A stretch of DNA of 64,000 bases, from contig DAOTYJ010000029.1 in the NCBI GenBank assembly GCA_034434875.1, positions 3,581 to 67,580 of the forward strand, given 5' to 3'. The translations under genes and the position numbers were made by a program. Below, one piece after another: positions 27,520 to 37,418 of the stretch; position 1 is the first letter of the stretch; each line of letters starts with the position of its first letter. This stretch comes from Dehalococcoidia bacterium. GTDB taxonomy: Bacteria; Chloroflexota; Dehalococcoidia; JAUQQI01. Under the pieces are notes generated by a model. The model was given only the letters and a program-made list of their open reading frames with translations, did not search any database and was not told where the DNA came from.

Positions 27520-28647
27520 ATGCGAGCCCTGGCGATAAGACCGGGAATCCCGGGGGTCTTTGCGGTGGAGCGGCCCGAGCCGGTCATCCGGGCGCCGGAC
27601 GAAGTTAAAGTCCGGGTGCTCCTGGTGGGGGTCTGTGGAACCGACCGGGAGGAGGCGGCGGGGGGCCGGGCCCGGGCGCCCGAAGGGCAGGCCGAGCTGG
27701 TCATCGGCCACGAGATGCTCGGGCAGGTGGCGGGGGTCGGGCCGGCGGTCCGGGAGCTGAAGGCTGGGGACCTGGCCGTCTTCACCGTGCGCCGGGGCTG
27801 CGGGCAGGACCTGCCCTGCCTTCTGGGCCGGCCGGATATGTGCCGGACGGGGGCTTACCGGGAGCGGGGCATCTGGGGCCTGGACGGCTTTCAGGCCGAG
27901 TATGTGGTGGACCGGGAAGCTTATGCGGTCAGGGTTCCGGCGGAGCTGGCCGAGCTTGGGGTACTGGTCGAGCCCCTTTCGGTGGCCGAGAAGGCCGTAG
28001 ACGAGGCGGTTCGGGTCCAGGCGGCCCGGCTGCCGGAGGCCGGGGCCACCCCCACCTGGCTTTTCGGCCGCCGGTGCCTGGTGGTGGGGCTGGGGCCCAT
28101 CGGCCTGCTGGGGGCGCTGGTTTTAAGGCTGAGGGGGTCCGAAGTCTGCGGCCTGGACGTGGTCGACCCGGAGAGCCCGCGGGCCCGCTGGCTCGGGGAC
28201 ATTGGCGGCCGTTACATCGACGGCCGCCGGGTCCGGCCGGAAAACCTTCCCGAAACCGTGGGCGCCTTTGACTTAATCTTCGAGGCGGCCGGGGTGGCCG
28301 CGCTGGACTTTAACCTGGTCGAAGCCCTGAGCCCCGACGGAACGCTGGTTCTCACGGGAATTCCGGGGGACGACCGGCCGTTCCAGCTACCGGGCGGGGA
28401 GGTGGCCCGCCGGCTGGTGCTGGGGAACCTGGTCATGGTGGGGAGCGTGAATGCGGCCCGGGACCACTACCGGCTGGCCGTGGATGACCTGGTGACCGGG
28501 ACGTGCCGCTGGGGTAAAGACTTTCTGGGCCGGCTGGTCACCCACCGGCACCCGGCGGATGCGGCCTCCCAAGCCTTCGGCCGCCACCCGCCCGACGAGA
28601 TAAAGGCCGTAATAAACTGGGCCGCGAGCGCCGGCCAGCCTTCGTAA
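27520..28647 (+). CDS. Zn-dependent medium-chain dehydrogenase/reductase (threonine/glucose dehydrogenase-like)
   Basis: VLLVGVCGTDREE…GHEMLGQVAGVGPAV and a Rossmann motif VVGLGPIGLLGA. Confidence 0.75.
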   Translation: MRALAIRPGIPGVFAVERPEPVIRAPDEVKVRVLLVGVCGTDREEAAGGRARAPEGQAELVIGHEMLGQVAGVGPAVRELKAGDLAVFTVRRGCGQDLPCLLGRPDMCRTGAYRERGIWGLDGFQAEYVVDREAYAVRVPAELAELGVLVEPLSVAEKAVDEAVRVQAARLPEAGATPTWLFGRRCLVVGLGPIGLLGALVLRLRGSEVCGLDVVDPESPRARWLGDIGGRYIDGRRVRPENLPETVGAFDLIFEAAGVAALDFNLVEALSPDGTLVLTGIPGDDRPFQLPGGEVARRLVLGNLVMVGSVNAARDHYRLAVDDLVTGTCRWGKDFLGRLVTHRHPADAASQAFGRHPPDEIKAVINWAASAGQPS

Positions 28648-28799
28648 GGGCACCCCCAGGGCCTTGCCGTTTTTGGCGCCAACCCCTTGCGGGCCCATCG
28701 TCCTTTAGGGACGCACGGGCGCGCGTCCCTGCCCCATCAAGGACAACGGGCAAGCCCTGAGACTCCCGCCCCCGGTGGAAACCGGCGAGGGCTGCCCCG

Positions 28800-28829
28800 T
28801 ATAATAAACCCGACTTGTTAGTCGGTTTT
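28800..28829 (+). promoter_or_regulatory. Candidate -10 box TATAAT followed immediately by a hairpin CCGACTtgttAGTCGG and TTTT in the SBP leader
   Basis: Seen directly, 14 nt upstream of the GGAGG ribosome-binding site and the ATG at 28843. Confidence 0.3.
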
Positions 28830-28842
28830 CGGAGGTTAGGCC

Positions 28843-30460
28843 ATGACCTATAGCTGCGGCCGGCGCGAGTTTCTAAGGCTCGGTCTGGCGGCCGGGCTCG
28901 GCCTTACGGCCGGCTGTCTTCCGGCCTCCCCGCCGCCGGCCCCGGAACCGGCCCGGCCGGCCGGGGGACCCAGGTACGGCGGCATCCTCACGGTTCGGAT
29001 TGACGGGGACCCGCCCCACTTCGACATCCACCAGGCCTCCACCTCTTCAGTCCTCTGGCCCCTGGCCCCGTGCTATAACCTGCTGGTGCAGTATGACCCG
29101 CAGGACCCGGATAAAATCGTTCCCGACCTGGCCGAGCGCTGGGAAGTAAGCCCCGACGGCAAAATTTACACCTTCTATCTTAGGCGGGGCGTGAAGTTTC
29201 ACCACGGCAAGCCCTTCACCGCCCGGGACGTTCGGGCCAGCTTTGAGCGGGTCATCCGGCCGCCCCAGGGGGTTATCAGCCCCCGGCGGGGGGTGCTGGG
29301 GGTGGTGGACGGCATTGAGGTCGTCGACGATTATACGGTCCGGTTTATCCTTAAGCGGCCGGCCCCGTCGCTTTTGGCCAACCTGGCTCAGGGCTGGAAT
29401 GTCATCTACCCGGAAGATATCCTCGAGGCCAAGGGCGACATGAAAAAGGACGTGGTCGGCACCGGGCCCTTTAAATTCAAGGCCTACACGCCTGGGGTCA
29501 GCATCGAGCTTGACCGCAACCCCGAATACCACGTGCCAGGCCGGCCCTACCTGGACGGCATAAAATTTTTTGTAATTCCGGACCCGAACACGGCCCTGGC
29601 GGCTTTTATCTCAGGCCAGCTCCTGATGTACCGGCCGGGCGTGCCCGCCGAGGCCGAGGAGGCCAAACGGACCCTGGGTGACCGGATCGGGATTCAGTAA
29701 AGTAAACGGGCTCATCTTTGACTCTTTAAACCTCAATGCCCGGCGGAAGCCCTGGGACGACCCGCGGGTCCGGCAAGCCGTCTCCCTGGCCATCGACCGG
29801 AACGCGGCCATTGCCGTCCTCGCCCAGGGAGAGGGGGCAGTTGGGGGCGCCATGCCGGCCGGCGGGCAGTGGGCCCTGCCGGCCGATGAGCTCGGCAAGC
29901 TCCCCGGCTACCGGCCCGATAAGGGGGCCGAGCTGGCCGAGGCCCGCCGGCTGCTGGCGGAAGCCGGCTACGGTGGCCCCTTGCGGGCGACCCTCTTAAC
30001 CCGCAAGGGGGCCGAGTGGGAGCCGGCCTCGGTTTTCATCCGGGATCAGCTGGCCAGAATCGGCATCGACGCAACCCTTAACGTGCAGGAGACGGCCACG
30101 GCCTTCGGCCTGCTTAACCGGGGCGAATTCGACCTGGCCCCCTGGGTCCACGCCGTCGCCGTCGACGACCCGGACGCCATCTTCGGCGAGTTTTATCTGT
30201 GCGAAAGCGAACGGAACTATTCGGCCGTCTGCCTGTCGGAACTGGATGCCCTCTTTCAGCGTCAGTCCCAGGAGCCGAACCCGGCCGAACGGAAGAAGCT
30301 GGTCTGGGAGCTGGACCGCAAGGCGCTGCTGGGAAACATAAAAGTCATCATCGGGTGGCGCTTCGACCGCTTGTTGCACTGGCAGACGGTCAAAAACTAC
30401 CGCCGACATCCGAGTTTGTATAACAACCAAAAATTTCAGGACATCTGGCTCGAACAATAA
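28843..30460 (+). pseudogene. ABC transporter substrate-binding protein, family 5 (peptide/nickel type), with a Tat signal and lipobox; frameshifted near 29695
   Basis: RREFLRLGLAAGLGLTAGC (twin-Arg plus LTAGC lipobox) and SBP_bac_5 core. The two pieces 28843-29700 and 29678-30460 overlap at an AT-rich AGTAAAGTAAA patch. Confidence 0.75.
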
Positions 30461-30478
30461 ACTACTGGAGGCAAGGTT

Positions 30479-31276
30479 ATGTCTGAGTTCCAGGATATTA
30501 TTTACGAGAAAAAAGAAGGCGTGGCCTTTGTTAGGATAAACCGTCCGCAGGTGCTTAATGCTTTCAGGCCCCTTACAATTGAGGAGATGCGGGCGGCGTT
30601 TCTGGATGCCTGGTACGACGATCAGGTCGGGGTGGTGGTTCTGACCGGGACCGGGGGAAACTTCTGCGTGGGGGGCGACGTGAAGGTCCGGGGTGGGGGC
30701 GGCTACGTGGATACGGCCGGACGGCCTCGACTCCAGGTAACCCACCTGCACCGGCTCATCCGGGAGATTCCGAAGCCGGTCATCGCCATGGTGGACGGCT
30801 ACGCCATCGGCGGCGGCCATGTCCTCCACGTCCTGTGCGACCTGACCATCGCGTCCACCCGGGCCGTCTTCGGGCAGGTCGGCCCCAAGTTCGGCAGCTT
30901 TGACGCCGGCTTCGGGGCGATTTACCTGGCCCGAATTGTGGGCGAGAAAAAGGCCCGGGAGATCTGGTACCTCTGCCGGCAGTACACCGCCCAAGAGGCC
31001 CTGGAAATGGGGCTGGTGAACAAGGTGGTGCCGCCCGAGGAGCTCGAAGAGGAAGTGATGCGCTGGGCCCGGGAGCTTCTTAAGCGGAGCCCCACGGCCC
31101 TGCGATTCTTAAAGCACGCCTTTAACGCCGATACCGACCACGTCTACGGCATTCAGAACCTGGCCCACGGGGCTACCTCCCTGTTCTACCTGACCGAGGA
31201 GTGCCAGGAGGGAACCCGGGCCTTTCTCGAAAAGCGGGAGCCCGATTACTCCCGCTTCCGGTTCCACCCGTGGTAA
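30479..31276 (+). CDS. menB: 1,4-dihydroxy-2-naphthoyl-CoA synthase
   Basis: Crotonase fold with the MenB-specific …[62 protein letters not shown]. Confidence 0.9.
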   Translation: MSEFQDIIYEKKEGVAFVRINRPQVLNAFRPLTIEEMRAAFLDAWYDDQVGVVVLTGTGGNFCVGGDVKVRGGGGYVDTAGRPRLQVTHLHRLIREIPKPVIAMVDGYAIGGGHVLHVLCDLTIASTRAVFGQVGPKFGSFDAGFGAIYLARIVGEKKAREIWYLCRQYTAQEALEMGLVNKVVPPEELEEEVMRWARELLKRSPTALRFLKHAFNADTDHVYGIQNLAHGATSLFYLTEECQEGTRAFLEKREPDYSRFRFHPW

Positions 31277-32166
31277 TGGGGTTTTGGGGGCGAATTAAAC
31301 CCTGGTTGCTGGCCAGCCGGCCTTTCAGCCTGACGGCATCGGTGGCACCGGTTCTGGTCGGTTCGGCCCTCGCCTTTAGGGCCGGGGCGTTCGATTGGGG
31401 AAGGTTTGGGCTGGTGCTGGTCGGGGCGGTGCTGGTTCAGGTCGGGACCAACCTGGTGGATGAGTACGCCGACCACCTGCGGCCGGCGGGACAGTATAAA
31501 CTGGCGGCGCCTTATAAGGTTATCGCCCGGGGCCTGCTTTCGCCGGGGCAGGTTCGGGCCGGGGCCCTGGCCGCCTTCGGCCTGGCAACGGCCATCGGCC
31601 TCTACCTGGTTCTGGCCGCCGGCTGGGGTCTGCTCGCCTTGTGTCTGGCCAGCCTGGCCGCGGCCTACCTCTACGCCGGCGGCCCTAAACCCCTGGGCGA
31701 CCTGGGCCTCGGCTGGCCCCTGGTTTTTACCTTTATGGGCCCGGTGATGGTTGCGGGGGCTTACTACGCTCAGGTGGGGGGCTTTTCGGCCGAAGCCTGG
31801 GCTTTCGGGGTGCCCGTGGGCTTTCTGGTGACGGCAATCCTGGCGGCCAACGACCTGCGAGACCATGAAGAAGACCTGGCCGCCGGCCGGGCGACGCCGG
31901 TGGTGCGGTTCGGCTTCGGGTTCGGCCGTCTGGCCTGGACATTCCTGACGGGCGGGGCTTTTATCAGCCAGGGGATTCTGGCTTTGGGCACTGGGCCGGC
32001 CCTGCTTCTGCCGCTGGCGGCGGTACCGCCGGCCTTTCAGACGGCCCGGCGCGTCTGGTCGGCCCGAACCCGGCCGGAGCGGGCGGTGATTTTGCCCCGG
32101 ACGGCGGCCCTGCATGGCTGGTTCGGCTTGCTTACGGCCGTTGCGGTCTTAGTAAGAAGCAGCTAA
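31276..32166 (+). CDS. menA: 1,4-dihydroxy-2-naphthoate polyprenyltransferase (UbiA superfamily)
   Basis: UbiA-type 8-TM protein with NDLRDHEEDLAAGRAT motif; TAATG overlap with menB. Confidence 0.8.
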   Translation: MGFWGRIKPWLLASRPFSLTASVAPVLVGSALAFRAGAFDWGRFGLVLVGAVLVQVGTNLVDEYADHLRPAGQYKLAAPYKVIARGLLSPGQVRAGALAAFGLATAIGLYLVLAAGWGLLALCLASLAAAYLYAGGPKPLGDLGLGWPLVFTFMGPVMVAGAYYAQVGGFSAEAWAFGVPVGFLVTAILAANDLRDHEEDLAAGRATPVVRFGFGFGRLAWTFLTGGAFISQGILALGTGPALLLPLAAVPPAFQTARRVWSARTRPERAVILPRTAALHGWFGLLTAVAVLVRSS

Positions 32167-32760
32167 TCGGGTTTCAGGTCGATAGTGCTGGCCAGGAGCT
32201 CCACCAGCCGGCCGTAGCTTTCCTCCAGGGAAGCCGGCTCGCCGGTTGAGACCCAGCGCAGGAGAAGCTGGTAAAGGGCCCCGAACCAGGCGACACTTAT
32301 CAGGTCGGTATCCACCGGCCGGACCCGGCCCTGCCGGATGGCGGCCTCAAGCTGCTCCCTGATAAAGCGGATAAAAAGCTCGTAGATTTCCCGGAGCCGC
32401 GCCTGGAAGGCCGGTCCGGCCCCAAAGCCCTCCACGAGGAAGAGCCGGGCCAGGGGCCGGTGGGAGGTTATCGTCTGGACGAAGACTGCCAGGCCCCGCT
32501 CCAGCTTGGCGATGGGGTCGTCGACGTCCCGGATAGCCCCCTCAATCTTCGAAAGGAGAAGGCGGGCGGCGTAATCGAGGAGGGCCGAAAAGAGTTCGCC
32601 CTTGCTGGGGAAGTGGAAATAGAGGCCGCCCTTGGAGGTGCTGGCCGCCCGGGCCACGTCGTCGACGGTGGTGCCGTGGTAGCCGTTCTCGGCGAAGAGC
32701 CGGAGGGCGGCCTCGAGGATCTCCCGGTCGCGGACGACCCAGCGGGCCTGTCTGGCGCGG
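32163..32760 (-). CDS. TetR family transcriptional regulator. The upstream extension of the 6-frame ORF overlaps arsR and is unlikely to be real
   Basis: HTH LRLFAENGYHGTTVDDVARAASTSKGGLYFHFPSKGELF. Confidence 0.75.
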
Positions 32761-32763
32761 GGG

Positions 32764-33123
32764 CTACGCACGGGTGCAGGTAAGGACCCATTCGGCGTTG
32801 CGGGCCAAAGAATCCTGGGCCAGGTCGAGAATCCGCTCGACGTTAGGGTCGGCGATCCGGTAGTAAATCCGCTGGCCCTGGCGGCGGGTAGCCACAAAGC
32901 CGCACCAGCGCAGGCAGGCCAGGTGGTTGGAGATCCGGGGCTGTTTCATCCCGAGGGTCTCGCACAGTTCCTCTACGCTCCGCTCGCCCCCGCGCAGGAC
33001 CTCGAGGATGGCGAGGCGGACCGGGTCGGCCAGGCCCCGGAACCACTTGGCCAGGAGTTCCAGGCGGCTGAACTCATCGGTGTCGGACTCCCCGGTCGGG
33101 ACGGTCTTAACCTTTTCGGCCAT
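32764..33123 (-). CDS. ArsR/SmtB family metalloregulator
   Basis: HTH …VEELCETLGMKQPRISNHLACLRWCGFVATRRQGQRIYYRI…. Confidence 0.8.
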   Translation of the reverse strand: MAEKVKTVPTGESDTDEFSRLELLAKWFRGLADPVRLAILEVLRGGERSVEELCETLGMKQPRISNHLACLRWCGFVATRRQGQRIYYRIADPNVERILDLAQDSLARNAEWVLTCTRA

Positions 33124-33139
33124 GGCCTTGCCTTTCGGA

Positions 33140-33157
33140 CTGGTCTTATCAGACCAG
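33140..33157. promoter_or_regulatory. 7-4-7 inverted repeat CTGGTCTtatcAGACCAG immediately upstream of arsR
   Basis: Seen directly, 17 nt upstream of the arsR start codon. Confidence 0.35.
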
Positions 33158-33336
33158 ATTATATCACGATACTGTAATCACGGCCGGGGCTATTAGCATG
33201 CCCGGGGCCCGCCAGCCCCCATGTAAGGGCCGGATTTTTGTGGAAAAGTTCCCTAAAAATCACCCACTCCCGGTAAAATTTTGCTATATTGGTGGTGCGA
33301 TACTAACACCCGATGGGTGGTTGGGAGGTAGGATGT

Positions 33337-33495
33337 ATGTCGGTTGGTCTGATTCTCCTCATTTTGCTTCTCCTATTGCTGGTAGGCGCCCTGCCCACAT
33401 GGGGCTACAGCCGCAACTGGGGATATTTTCCGAGCGGGATTGTCGGCCTGTTGCTGGTTTTGGTTCTCGTGTTGGTCCTTCTGGGCCGCTTTTAA
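33337..33495 (+). CDS. DUF3309-like small membrane protein (52 aa)
   Basis: MSVGLILLILLLLLLVGALPTWGYSRNWGYFPSGIVGLLLVLVLVLVLLGRF; ribosome-binding site GGGAGG 7 nt upstream. Confidence 0.5.
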   Translation: MSVGLILLILLLLLLVGALPTWGYSRNWGYFPSGIVGLLLVLVLVLVLLGRF

Positions 33496-33877
33496 AAAAT
33501 TTGGGTGGATAGGGGGGTAGAACTTTGGCCCACGGTCACGAACCCCCGGGCATTCCGGCGGTGAAGGCCCCGGTTTTGGGGTTGGGTTAATTGCCGGGCT
33601 ATTGGTGGTGGCCATCATCGTTATCGTTGCGGTCTGGCTGCTTCTGGGCGGAAGCGTTCCCCGGGCGCCGGAAGCGCCCCGGGCCAGCCTGGGGCCGGTC
33701 AGCAGGCGACGCCGCAGGCGCCGCAGCTGCCCGGCGTTCAGGTGACCCCGCAGGCGCCGACGGCTCCGACGCCTAGCGGGACCCCTGGGCGGTGAGGGTG
33801 TCCTGGGTGGGGGTCGGCAAAGACCCCGTCCCCCTCAGGGACCGGATAACCGCAGTGAAAACCCAAAATGAAAGGGG

Positions 33878-34222
33878 GTGTACGGTTTGGCTATCCCGGT
33901 CATATTGTTCATTGTTGGCGTCCTGCTGGCCCTCTGGTTTTTGCTCGTGCTGGCCGGTTCGTTTATCGACCTGCTCATCTGGGTGGTGGTCGGCCTTATC
34001 GCCGGCTGGATTGCCAGCATGATCATGCGGACGGAGCAGGGGATAATCGGCGACATCCTGGTCGGGCTGGCAGGGGCCCTCATCGGGGGCGCCCTTTACA
34101 GCCTGGTGACCGGCCAGAGCACCGGCGGACCCCTGAGCCTGACCAACCTGGTTATGGCCGTCATCGGGGCCGTTATCCTGCTGGCCGTCCTTAAGGCCAT
34201 CCGGGGCTGTCAAATCGCTTAA
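33878..34222 (+). CDS. GlsB/YeaQ/YmgE (transglycosylase-associated) stress membrane protein. The true start may be TTG at ~33887
   Basis: GWIASMIMRTEQGIIGDILVGLAGALIGGAL signature. Confidence 0.7.
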   Translation: MYGLAIPVILFIVGVLLALWFLLVLAGSFIDLLIWVVVGLIAGWIASMIMRTEQGIIGDILVGLAGALIGGALYSLVTGQSTGGPLSLTNLVMAVIGAVILLAVLKAIRGCQIA

Positions 34223-34262
34223 CAAGGCCAGGCCCCGTTTTGGGCCGGGGAGCGGGCCCGCC

Positions 34263-34305
34263 GGACGGTGCGGTGCAAGACCGCCCTTCGGCGGGCCCGT
34301 TGCCG
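34263..34305 (+). terminator. GC-rich nested hairpins after GlsB, including a cUUCGg tetraloop hairpin CCGCCcttcGGCGG
   Basis: Seen directly; the T-tract is weak, so function is uncertain. Confidence 0.3.
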
Positions 34306-34339
34306 ACTATAATCAGGCGTTTGATACCCGAGGGCTGAC

Positions 34340-34737
34340 ATGAGTGTCGTCGACCCATATCAAATCAAGGTCCGTTATGGGGAGATTCTAGTAGAGCAGA
34401 CCGAATGCGTGGCCGAAGGGGACCGGCTTCGACTCAAGACTCCTTTGCTGTTGCCCGATGGGCGCAATATTCAAGTTTACATCCGGACCGGCCCCAACTG
34501 GACGGTAGTAGTTTCAGACGGGGGGGTGCTACCGAACAACTTACGGTGTTTTCCAGTTTTGAGGACGAGCTACGAGCTCGGCATGCTAAACTCGTCGAGC
34601 TTGCCCACCAATTCGGGATTGATTACTCGGGTGGTGAGCTGAGGTTTATGTCCAACGATTTGGGTGAAGCCTTAAGACGCATTTCGACCCTGGCCAGGGC
34701 CGTACTTGGCGTTATGTGTATGTTGGTGGGGAATTAA
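34340..34737 (+). pseudogene. Hypothetical ~150-aa protein in a low-GC patch, split by a frameshift in a G7 run (34520-34526)
   Basis: Frames 34340-34642 and 34405-34737 join at GACGGGGGGGTG to give …NWTVVVSDGG/GATEQLTVFSSFEDELRARHAKLVELAHQF…. Own promoter-like TATAAT at ~34297. Confidence 0.45.
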
Positions 34738-34740
34738 GGC

Positions 34741-36044
34741 TTGGCTAGATTTGTCTTCAAAGAAGTCGTCAGGTCGGGAAAAGAGGTCCGAGCCAGAACT
34801 TTTATGTTGCCCTTCTCCGAACTTATTGGGCATCGGTTAGAGGCCGACGGTCGGTTCGAATTTAGGGTCGGGGACTTGGCCGTCGATCTTAAGACGCCCG
34901 AAGGACTCGTTACGGCCGGGCTCGTCCGGCCGAAAACGGGCGGGCCCAAAGCCTGTCCCTGGGACCGGGTCCGGGTGGACCGGTCGGCCCGACGCCTTCG
35001 GTTGGAGGGGGACGGCTTTTCCGGGCTTCCGGAGGAACAGGTGGGTCAACTGGTGCTGTTAAAAAGGGACATCCTGGATGCCTTGGTGATCGACCTGGCC
35101 AACCGCCGGGCGGCCCGGGCCAACGACCTCTGGCTGGGGGCGTCCGGTGGGAGGTGGCGGCTGGTTGGGGTTGAGTTGGGGCCGCGGGCGGTCCTCCGGC
35201 GGGTCAGTCGCGGCCTGCTGGGCCGGGGCCCTGGGTCGGGTTTGGTCCCCTGGGAGGATATTGAGCTTTTACGGGGGGACCCGGCGGCGGCCCGGGCCGG
35301 CCGCGACTACCACCGGCAACTGGCCAGGCTGAGTCCGGGGGAAATAGCCCGATTGCTTGTTCTGCTGCCTTACATCCATGCCGCCGAGGCGTTGACCCTG
35401 CTGCCGGAGTCGAAGGCGGCCGACGTATTTGAGGCCATGGGCCTTCAGCGGCAAGTTCAGGTGGCCGATGAGCTCGGCCGGGAAACTTTGGGGAGGCTGT
35501 TGAGCCTGATGGCCCCGAACCTGGCGGCCGCCTTTTTGCGACGGCTCGACCTGGCGCAGGCCCGGGAACTGCTGGAGGCCCTGCCCAAGGAGCGGGCGGT
35601 GAGGGTCGAACAGCTTCTCCGGTACCCGGCGGATACTGCCGGGGGCTAATGACCAACGAATTCGTTACCGTAGAAGCCGGCCTTACCGCCGGCGAGGCCC
35701 TGGCCGCCTTGCGGGATGCCCTGCGGGAGCCGGACTTTGTCTATTTTATCTACGCGGTTGCCGCCAAAAACGACCGACGGCTGGCAGGTGTCGTGAGCCT
35801 GCGGGACCTGGTGGTGGCCGATGCCGACCGTCCCCTCTCGGACCTTATGACCCGGGATGTGGAGGTTATTCGGGTCGGCGAGCGGGCCGACCGGGCCGCC
35901 TGGCGGGTCGTGGAAACCCAGCTGGCAGCCCTGCCGGTGGTTGACGAGGCGGGTCTGATTGTGGGGGTCTTGACGGTGGATGCGGCCGTGGCCGCAATTG
36001 CCCCGCCGGTCTGGCGGGCGCAGGCACCCCGGCTTTTTGCTTGA
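34741..36044 (+). pseudogene. Cytoplasmic PRC-barrel(x2) - MgtE_N - CBS-pair protein, with a -1 frameshift at 35645-35653
   Basis: MgtE_N helices …LSPGEIARLLVLLPYIHAAEALTLLPESKAADVFEAMG… ending YPADTAGG, then stop, then LMTNEFVTV (the canonical MgtE YPEDTAGGLMT junction lacks one T in GGCTAATGACC). CBS pair in 35649-36044. Confidence 0.65.
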
Positions 36045-36048
36045 GGGG

Positions 36049-37348
36049 GGAGGCTTTTTGGGGGGTTCGGCTGAACATTCGGGGACGCAGCGTGGTCCTG
36101 TACGGCCTGAGGCGGCCCCTGCCCGGTTTTCTTGGCTGGGTCCTAGTCTTAGGCCCGGGCATCATCGCCGCCTGCGCCGGGAACGATGCCGGTGGCATCG
36201 CCACCTACAGCTAGGTGGGTGCCCGGTTCGGCTACGACTTTCTTTGGCTGCTGGTGCCTATAACCGCGGCCCTGATGGTTATTCAAGAAACTTGCGCCCG
36301 GATTGGGGCCGCGACCGGGCGGGGTCTGCTGGACCTGGTCCGGGAGGTCTTCGGCCTGGGCTGGTCGCTGTTTGCGGTGGGGCTTGTGGCCATTGCCAAC
36401 GCCGGGCTTGCGGTGAGCGAGTTTTTGGGCATCGGGGCGGCGGCCGACCTTCTGGGCATCAGCCCCTACCTGGCGGCGCCCCTGACCGCCGGCCTTATCT
36501 GGTACCTGGTCGTCCACGGAAGCTACCGGTCGGTGGAGAAGATTTTCATTGGGATGGCCCTCGTTTTCCTGGCCTATCCGGCCTCGGCGGTTATAGCCGG
36601 GCCCGACTGGTCGGAAGTTGTCCGGGGGCTGGTGCCCCGGGTTCGGTTGGAGCCGGAGTTTCTGGCGATGGCCGTTGCCCTACTGGGGACAACCATTACC
36701 CCGTACATGCAGGTTTTCCAGCAGGGTTCGGTGGTTGATAAGGGTGTGAGCCGGGCCCGCTCCGGTCCGTAGCGGGCGGATGCTTACCTGGGGTCGGCGA
36801 TTTCAAACCTGGTTTCGGTATTTATTATCGTTGCCACCGCCGCAACCCTCTATGGGTCGGGAACCGGGGTGGAAAGCGCCGCGGATGCGGCCCGGGCCCT
36901 GCGGCCGGTGGCGGGGGATGCGGCTGAGGTCCTGTTCGCCGTCGGACTGTTTGGGGCGTCGGCCCTGGCCGCGGGAGTTCTGCCCCTGGCCACCGCCTAC
37001 GCCGTAAGCGAAACTTTCGGCCTGCCGAAAGGGGTGGACCTGGATTTCCGGCGGGCACCGGTCTTTCTCTGGACCTTCACCGGCCTCATCGGTTTCGCGG
37101 GGGGTGTGCCCTTAATCCCCGGTCTGCCCGTTATCGACCTGCTGGTCAGGTTGCAGGTGCTCAACGGCCTGCTTTTGCCGGCTGTGTTATTCTTCGTCCT
37201 CCGCTTGGCCAACAACCCGAAACTGATGGGCAGGCTTAAAAATAAGCGGACCGAGAACGCCGTGGGCTGGGGAAGCCTCGGGCTTATATCCCTGGCGGCG
37301 GGAAGCTACCTGGCCGCCCAGCTTGGGTCTATCCTCGGGCCCGGCTAG
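36049..37348 (+). pseudogene. NRAMP-family-like divalent cation transporter, immediately downstream of the MgtE_N-CBS gene, with two in-frame TAG codons
   Basis: …LGPGIIAACAGNDAGGIATYS*VGARFGYDFLWLL… parallels Nramp TM1 DPGNFATNISAGAQYGY, with the TAG at the conserved Gln position. Second TAG at ~36770 within …SRARSGP*RADAYLGSAISNLVSVFII…. The C-terminal half 36869-37348 is in the same frame. Confidence 0.65.
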
Positions 37349-37418
37349 CCAAATTTTTTGAATAGAACAATTGTGCAGTTTTTAAAGGTTTGGGGGAACA
37401 CTATTAACCGGCAAGGTT

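Noticed and set aside
28690-28790. Possible TPP riboswitch (CTGAGA box) upstream of the SBP
   Set aside because: Only the CUGAGA hexamer matches; the pyrimidine-sensing ACCC…GAACCUGAUC and GCGUAGGGA elements are absent, so it is kept only as a generic structured leader
29996-30994. 332-aa minus-strand ORF spanning the SBP 3-prime end and menB
   Set aside because: Overlaps two confidently identified plus-strand genes; no motifs; shadow ORF
33198-33512. 104-aa ORF overlapping the DUF3309 gene in another frame
   Set aside because: DUF3309-like frame has a canonical ribosome-binding site and a recognisable small-membrane-protein sequence; the overlapping frame is compositionally junk
35980-36738. 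252-aa ORF (MRPWPQLPRR…) across the MgtE_N-CBS/Nramp junction
   Set aside because: Third-frame artefact; the Nramp-like frame (with its two TAGs) carries the conserved TM1 and C-terminal signatures
36211-36772. One-nucleotide disagreement between my manual coordinate count and the supplied ORF track around the Nramp-like gene (GTG at 36214 versus track start 36215)
   Set aside because: Probably my counting error within this block; in-frame continuity across both TAG codons was verified by direct codon reading, so conclusions are unaffected, but exact TAG coordinates may be off by 1
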